This document shows, piece after piece, positions 58,155 to 64,000 of a DNA stretch of 64,000 nucleotides (positions are counted from its first letter, which is position 1; the number at the start of each line of letters is the position of its first letter). The position numbers and the translations under genes were made by a program. The notes below the pieces were generated by a model. It saw only the letters and a program-made list of their open reading frames with translations, was not told the origin of the DNA and made no database searches. The DNA lies in IMG/VR virus record IMGVR_UViG_3300030329_006583, positions 203,119 through 267,118 of that record, one strand, 5' to 3'.

Positions 58155-58979
58155 TTATCGGTCCTGAATTCCTACAATTTTAACCGGGGTGGCAATATAT
58201 TCATTCCACAAGCTGGTCCTTACGCTTCCATCGCAACTATCCAGTTCATAACATATATTGTTGAGATCTTTACCGGGATATTCTAGCCGATACATATTGC
58301 ATGCACGCCGACCATTATCTAGTGCCATTGATTTAATGTCACTGCGAAAACCTGCACGGACATTACCGATAAATGTCACTAACACCGTGGATTCAGGACG
58401 AAAAAATTCTCGTTCCATAACTGTAAAAGCAGAAATATCAAATTCAGGACCTGATTCCAGGGATTTCATTAATCTATCCAATCCTTCAGGGGAAGTATAG
58501 TGGGATAGGAACTTAAGGTTATACGTGGAACCGTAAAGCTGTGTTGTATATACATCATCAAGCATCACATAAGGTTCCATATCTCCGCGTGAATAAAAAA
58601 ATGCAAATCTTAATTCTCTAATATCTGGGAAATAGTGGCCGTATTCATTTTCAAATGCCCACAACCTATGATTCACAAAATCTTCAATGAAATCCAAAAC
58701 ATTCTTTTTTGTTAATAATTCCCACCTATCGACTTCATCGCTAAGTTGGTATCCAAAAAACTGAGATATAAGACCTAGAAAATTCTCAAAATCTTCTGCA
58801 CTGCAGGAAACAGGATGTTTACAACTTAATTTTCCACCCCGGGAATCAAAGCCTAATCCTTGAAGTTCCAGGAGATACAGCGCCATTTCTTCCCATTCAC
58901 CCAATGTATGAAAAGACGAAGCTGGTTTCATGTATCCCCTAACTTTTGTTGATTCTTTCATAGTACCAATAACTATCAT
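58155..58979 (-). CDS. Hypothetical protein
   Basis: 274-aa ORF. Confidence 0.7.
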   Translation of the reverse strand: MIVIGTMKESTKVRGYMKPASSFHTLGEWEEMALYLLELQGLGFDSRGGKLSCKHPVSCSAEDFENFLGLISQFFGYQLSDEVDRWELLTKKNVLDFIEDFVNHRLWAFENEYGHYFPDIRELRFAFFYSRGDMEPYVMLDDVYTTQLYGSTYNLKFLSHYTSPEGLDRLMKSLESGPEFDISAFTVMEREFFRPESTVLVTFIGNVRAGFRSDIKSMALDNGRRACNMYRLEYPGKDLNNICYELDSCDGSVRTSLWNEYIATPVKIVGIQDR

Positions 58980-59710
58980 TCATCAGTTAAAGATGACCTA
59001 AGTTCCCTATATGCACCTACCGTAATGGGGAATAAATTTTCCGCAATACCCAACACGGCAATTGCCACCTGTTGAATTTCCCACTGCGCGCCTTCATGAA
59101 TGCGAAGATCAACGAATTTAAGAATATTGTTCAGGTTTGCCGTCCCGTAGTATTCGGTATACATATTTTGTGGAAGGACACCGCGGGCTTGTTCACGACA
59201 AACACCGGACTCCAAAAGTCGATCCAGGAGTTTAAGTGAGTTAACATGGTGTTTTCGAACTAATTCACTAGCCTCCGTTTCAACCAAACTCGCCATCAAC
59301 GGATGATCGATCTTGATGCTGGGATTAATCAATTTGTTAACAGATGCCTGCCTGTTGGATTCGCTCTGTTTCCTAAAAGCTTTAGGCTCATAGAATTCTA
59401 TGTTAAAATCTGTGTACCTTCTGCTAATTTCATTATAGGACCATGTCCTATGGCGCATATGCTGTTTGGAAATAAACAGAGGCACCTTAAAACGAAAAGT
59501 AATAGAACAATGTTCTAAAGTGCTGGTATGTTTGTGTTTAATAAGGTAATTGATCAATCTTTTGTCTTTTTCGTCAATATCTTCTTTATGTTTACCAAAA
59601 GAAACACGAGCGCTATTGACCACGGAAAGATCGCTACCAAGGTGATCAACCAATTCCACAAATCCGATTCCATCATCGTATAATTCTGTCCGTTCTTTGG
59701 GAAGTGTCAT
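58976..59710 (-). CDS. thyX: Flavin-dependent thymidylate synthase
   Basis: SARVSF, HTSTLEH, RHRTWSYNEISRRY, AQWEI. Confidence 0.95.
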   Translation of the reverse strand: MTLPKERTELYDDGIGFVELVDHLGSDLSVVNSARVSFGKHKEDIDEKDKRLINYLIKHKHTSTLEHCSITFRFKVPLFISKQHMRHRTWSYNEISRRYTDFNIEFYEPKAFRKQSESNRQASVNKLINPSIKIDHPLMASLVETEASELVRKHHVNSLKLLDRLLESGVCREQARGVLPQNMYTEYYGTANLNNILKFVDLRIHEGAQWEIQQVAIAVLGIAENLFPITVGAYRELRSSLTDE

Positions 59711-59711
59711 T

Positions 59712-60602
59712 TTAACATCCTATTATAAATACATCGCTAAGATCTAAAGCATTATCGCCAATTTTACCATGAGGCCAAGATTTTCTATCTAACACCTCTA
59801 AATAAAGGTGACAAGGTATTTTTTTCTTAAATCTGTTGCGAAAAGTTTCCTTAATTTTTATATAAGGTTTATCCCATTTTCTCACCAAGATGTGCTGATC
59901 AATGATTGTCTTCCCTAAACATCCTTTCCATGCTAAATCAAACCAACTCCCATAACTAGCATCTGACCAAACCACTAGTTCGGGTTTTAATTTGCATATA
60001 TCCCCGGCACGACTTGCACTGGTGAGTGCAGAACCGCCGGCAGAATGGCCAACAAAAATCCAACGAATTTTTTCTATTTTTTTATTATGAACCTGAATAG
60101 ACCATTTTTCCAATCGTGCATGCACCGCATTTATATAATGTTGAAGAGAACCTGGTTTTTTCCACACCTGTTTTTGACGACCCCTGGGGGTTTGTGTATT
60201 AACTGACCAAGGCATTTCCGGAATTGCAATTGCAAAAGACCCGTTTTCTGACGCGGCTTTATTTAATTGGGGGATTATTCTTTTTTGAAACGTTTTATCA
60301 CTAAAACCCCCCAAACCATGAAACCAAACGATTACTGTAATATCTTCCGGTATTGATTCATTAGAAACCAATAAAACTGAATCCCTCCACCCATTACGAT
60401 GCTTAAAATCACGAGCGTCTTCAGAGGGATTTTGAAATAGCCATGTAGTAAAAGAAAACTCGGCTGACGGTAGTGCATTCAACCAACGCGTGACTGTTTG
60501 CGAATAAACGTTAGGTTCAATGAACACATCATCCGCAAATGTTTGAAGTGGCATAAACACAACCAGCACACATATGAGCCACTTAATCATTACGATAAAC
60601 AC
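59712..60602 (-). CDS. Secreted alpha/beta-hydrolase-fold protein
   Basis: Signal peptide; WFHG; GHSAGG. Confidence 0.65.
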   Translation of the reverse strand: MFIVMIKWLICVLVVFMPLQTFADDVFIEPNVYSQTVTRWLNALPSAEFSFTTWLFQNPSEDARDFKHRNGWRDSVLLVSNESIPEDITVIVWFHGLGGFSDKTFQKRIIPQLNKAASENGSFAIAIPEMPWSVNTQTPRGRQKQVWKKPGSLQHYINAVHARLEKWSIQVHNKKIEKIRWIFVGHSAGGSALTSASRAGDICKLKPELVVWSDASYGSWFDLAWKGCLGKTIIDQHILVRKWDKPYIKIKETFRNRFKKKIPCHLYLEVLDRKSWPHGKIGDNALDLSDVFIIGC

Positions 60603-61222
60603 ATTCCCAAATCGTCTTCTGTAATGAGGGTATAAGTAAATTTATTTCCATATACATCAGCAGAAAAATGACATGTTTCCATGAATTCATAGAAATCTTT
60701 GCTACTCTGAAAAACTTGGCATCCGGCGCTTACCCCACCGGTGTATTCTCTTTCGTCGGATCCCCAATGTCGATGAATGTTGATGCCATACATTCCTTCA
60801 TGAATCTTACCGGTATAATCGGGTTTACGATCACGGTTATCATCCCGCCAAATCTTCACCTTGCCCAAACGTTGACATAATGCCGTGTACTTTCTTTTGC
60901 CACCATGGGTATCTATCTTGTATACACCGCGATATTGGTTTGGTACCAAAATGGCTGTACCACCTTTCACAATGGGCCGGCGAAGGATGCGAGTCCCAGG
61001 CTCGGTGGTAATAATATAACTATCCACCACCCATTCCCCACTCACCCGATAAATAACGTTCATGAAATCATCAAATTTATCAGCATTACCTGAATGATTG
61101 CGAATACCAATAATATTGATATTGTAATCACCGTTCTCAAAAAACGCATACCCCTTTTTGTTCAAGGTATCCTTAAATTGACCAGCAATATTTCTTGCCT
61201 GTAAACCTGTAAAACGTGCCAT
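60590..61222 (-). CDS. YkuD/L,D-transpeptidase-like protein, possible endolysin
   Basis: GINIHR...SAGCQV. Confidence 0.6.
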   Translation of the reverse strand: MARFTGLQARNIAGQFKDTLNKKGYAFFENGDYNINIIGIRNHSGNADKFDDFMNVIYRVSGEWVVDSYIITTEPGTRILRRPIVKGGTAILVPNQYRGVYKIDTHGGKRKYTALCQRLGKVKIWRDDNRDRKPDYTGKIHEGMYGINIHRHWGSDEREYTGGVSAGCQVFQSSKDFYEFMETCHFSADVYGNKFTYTLITEDDLGMCLS

Positions 61223-61231
61223 TACATTCCT

Positions 61232-62476
61232 TTAAAATTGTTCCGCTTCCGTAGAATCTTCCAATGCCAATGTAGAACTCTCACCGGAAGATATCACCTG
61301 AGAAACTGCATCAAAATAACCGGTTCCAACCTCTCGTTGATGGCGATGTGCCGTGTACCCCAATTCCTCCGCAGCGAATTCAGCGTCCTGCAAATCAGCA
61401 TACGCAGACATATCCCTATCATTATAATCGAGTGCAAGCTGAAACATGTGATGATTAAGATTATGAAAACCGGCCAGCGTAATAAATTGAAATTTATAAC
61501 CCATTTTTCCCAATTCACTTTGAAACTTAGCGATTGTTTTGTTATCTAGATTTTTCCTCCAGTTGAAACTCGGGGAACAGTTATAGGCCAATAATTTACC
61601 TGGGAATTTTTTATGAATTGCATCAGCAAACCTCTGGGCTTCTTCCAGATCGGGGGTACTAGTTTCACACCATAAAAGATCTGCATAAGGTGCATATTGC
61701 AGCCCCCTAGAAATTGCCATGTCAATCCCACCGGTAATTCTATGAAAACCCTCAGGTGTTCGTTTAGAATCTGTGATAAATTCCTTATCTGTTTCATCAA
61801 TATCTGATGTTAATAATTTGGCACTATTGGCATCGGTTCTTGCAATTATAACGGTGTCTGTACCCATCACATCACTAGCTAGGCGTGCCGCAATAAGCTT
61901 TTTTACAAACTCAGATGCCGGTACCAAAACCTTTCCCCCTAAATGCCCGCATTTTTTGGCGGAAGAAAGTTGATCTTCAAAGTGTACACCGGCGGCACCA
62001 GCGCGGATCATTGATTTCATTAATTCAAACACATTTAATGAACCCCCAAATCCTGCCTCTGCATCTGCAACAATTGGGGCATACCAATCACGTGATGCCG
62101 TCCCTTTGTTTTCATTCCACTCAATCTGATCAGCCCGACGAAGAGAATTATTAATTTTTTGCACCAACATTGGAACGCTGTGTACTGCATACAGGCTTTG
62201 ATCGGGATACATTTCATGAGAATCATTTGCATCGGCAGCCACCTGCCAACCCGAACAATAGATGGCAGGGGTACCGGCTTTTACCATTTGCATCGCCTGA
62301 TTACCGGTGACTGCACCCATCGCATGCACATAATCCATTTCATTCATTAGCCGTCGCAACGTCGCCGCCGTTCTTTTAGCCAATGTGTGTTCCTCTGCAA
62401 GTGAACCCCTCAGGAGTTCAACATCACGTTCAGTGTAAGGTCTTTTAATATCATCAGTCAATTTACAGTTCCTCAT
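61232..62476 (-). CDS. aceA: Isocitrate lyase
   Basis: [47 protein letters not shown]. Confidence 0.97.
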   Translation of the reverse strand: MRNCKLTDDIKRPYTERDVELLRGSLAEEHTLAKRTAATLRRLMNEMDYVHAMGAVTGNQAMQMVKAGTPAIYCSGWQVAADANDSHEMYPDQSLYAVHSVPMLVQKINNSLRRADQIEWNENKGTASRDWYAPIVADAEAGFGGSLNVFELMKSMIRAGAAGVHFEDQLSSAKKCGHLGGKVLVPASEFVKKLIAARLASDVMGTDTVIIARTDANSAKLLTSDIDETDKEFITDSKRTPEGFHRITGGIDMAISRGLQYAPYADLLWCETSTPDLEEAQRFADAIHKKFPGKLLAYNCSPSFNWRKNLDNKTIAKFQSELGKMGYKFQFITLAGFHNLNHHMFQLALDYNDRDMSAYADLQDAEFAAEELGYTAHRHQREVGTGYFDAVSQVISSGESSTLALEDSTEAEQF

Positions 62477-63992
62477 AAAGTCTTGTTGTCAAGAAATCTT
62501 CCATTTTATCCTGAAAACAAAAGGACGATAGCAATTCCACTTCCTCTGGTTCCATATCGCTTAATAGTTCATCAATTATATCTTGAACTAGTTTTTTAGA
62601 AACAACTGTCCCATTAGATAATGTAACGTTGTATGTTAACCATTGCCAAATTTGTGCCCGTGATATCTCAGCCGTAGCTGCATCTTCCATTAGGTTGTTA
62701 ATGGGAACACAACCATTGCCTTCCAGCCAGGCGTTAAGATATTCAAACATTACTGCCAAATTTTTCTTCAATCCGCTCAAAGTGCATGTACCCTTTGGCA
62801 GGCACAACAAATCACGACCACCAATTGATGCATTGGTAATATGAGGGATATCAATTTGATTAGCATCCGGCATGTGTTCATCAAATATCTCTTTCGCAAG
62901 AGGTATCAACCCGGGATGGGCTACCCACGTACCATCATGACCACTCAAAACCTCGCGCAATTTATCGTTTTTAACCTTTTCCATGGCTTTGTGATTTGCC
63001 TGAGGTGCATTTTTAATGGGAATCTGTGCCGCCATCCCTCCCATTGCATGCACTCGACGACGATGGCATGTTTGAATCAACAATTGCGAATAACAACTCA
63101 TAAAATGTTGATTCATTCCCACCTGATCCCGATCAGGCATTATCATCTTAGGATTATTCCGAAATGTTTTAATAAAACTAAAAATATAATCCCATCTCCC
63201 ACAGTTCAGCCCAGCAGTATGGTTTCTGAGCTCATATATAATTTCATTCATTTGAAATACAGCGGGAAGTGTTTCAATTAAACATGTTACCTTTGTGGTT
63301 CCCACCTCGATACCTACGTATTCTTCAGAATATGTAATAATCTCGTTCCACAAACGAGCCTCTAAATAATGTTCCATTTTCGGAAGATAAAAATAAGGTG
63401 CGCTTGATCTATTTGCAAGTTCTTGTGCGTTATGAAAGAAATAAAGACCAAAATCAAACAACATGGCTGGAATGGGTTTTTTATTATATGTTACATTATT
63501 TTCTTTTAGGTGAAAACCCCGCGGGCGAACAAATAATATAGCTGGGTTCTCCCCTAGCTTGTAAAATTTACCTGTTTTGGGATTGGTATATGTAATTGTA
63601 CGCCTAACTGCATCATACAAATTCCTTTGACCATTCACACAATTCTTCCACGTTGGAGAATTAGAATCTTCAAAATCAGCCATAAATACATTGGCCCCAG
63701 AATTAAGGGCATTAATAATCATTTTTCTATCAACAGGTCCTGTGATTTCAACCCTGCGATCCTGAAGCTCTTGAGGAATAGGATCTGCAACCCAATCCCC
63801 TTCACGAACATCCAACGTAGTAGAAACAAAATCAGGCATATCACCTAAATCATATTTTCTTTGTGCCGTTTCTCTTTTCTTCAGTGCTGCCTCTATGCGA
63901 GGACCAAATTTCTCCACTAAGGATGATAAAAATTCCAATGCATCATATGAGAATATTAACGTATCACTTTTTACATCTTTTACTTCTAGCAA
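62463..63992 (-). CDS. aceB: Malate synthase A (start may lie just beyond the window)
   Basis: [46 protein letters not shown]. Confidence 0.95.
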   Translation of the reverse strand: MLEVKDVKSDTLIFSYDALEFLSSLVEKFGPRIEAALKKRETAQRKYDLGDMPDFVSTTLDVREGDWVADPIPQELQDRRVEITGPVDRKMIINALNSGANVFMADFEDSNSPTWKNCVNGQRNLYDAVRRTITYTNPKTGKFYKLGENPAILFVRPRGFHLKENNVTYNKKPIPAMLFDFGLYFFHNAQELANRSSAPYFYLPKMEHYLEARLWNEIITYSEEYVGIEVGTTKVTCLIETLPAVFQMNEIIYELRNHTAGLNCGRWDYIFSFIKTFRNNPKMIMPDRDQVGMNQHFMSCYSQLLIQTCHRRRVHAMGGMAAQIPIKNAPQANHKAMEKVKNDKLREVLSGHDGTWVAHPGLIPLAKEIFDEHMPDANQIDIPHITNASIGGRDLLCLPKGTCTLSGLKKNLAVMFEYLNAWLEGNGCVPINNLMEDAATAEISRAQIWQWLTYNVTLSNGTVVSKKLVQDIIDELLSDMEPEEVELLSSFCFQDKMEDFLTTRLYEEL

Positions 63993-64000
63993 TTTTATAC

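Overview
64 kb of a large, AT-rich, gene-dense genome with almost all genes on the minus strand. It is best read as a jumbo/huge bacteriophage rather than a cellular chromosome: host-like genes (dnaE, dnaK, dnaJ, groEL, def, sigma70, tilS, iscU/iscA, uvsE, pckA, aceA/aceB) are scattered among many orphan ORFs, with two tRNAs and no ribosomal operons. Highlights: (1) a gene missed by the ORF track (8184..7825) reads through an in-frame UGA in an H-T-[UGA]-L-T-H context, with a hairpin positioned like a bacterial SECIS, so it is a candidate phage selenoprotein next to iscU/iscA. (2) About 25 unrelated proteins share a short amphipathic tag (MK(I/L)TKRQLRxIIxEE / MKLLREYIRxLLxE) at the N-terminus, C-terminus or domain junctions, suggesting a virion-packaging/maturation address for diverse enzyme cargo. 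(3) A cytosine-hypermodification cluster (dCMP-type ThyA-fold enzyme, glycosyltransferase, NDP-sugar epimerase, kinase, all-alpha dNTPase) sits with ThyX and MBD4/Fpg glycosylases. (4) A glyoxylate shunt plus PEP carboxykinase is present. (5) tilS lies beside its substrate tRNA-Ile2(CAU). (6) A recurrent non-canonical promoter GTGYAA-N17/18-TAnAAT occurs. All family calls come from motif recognition by eye; no database searches were run.
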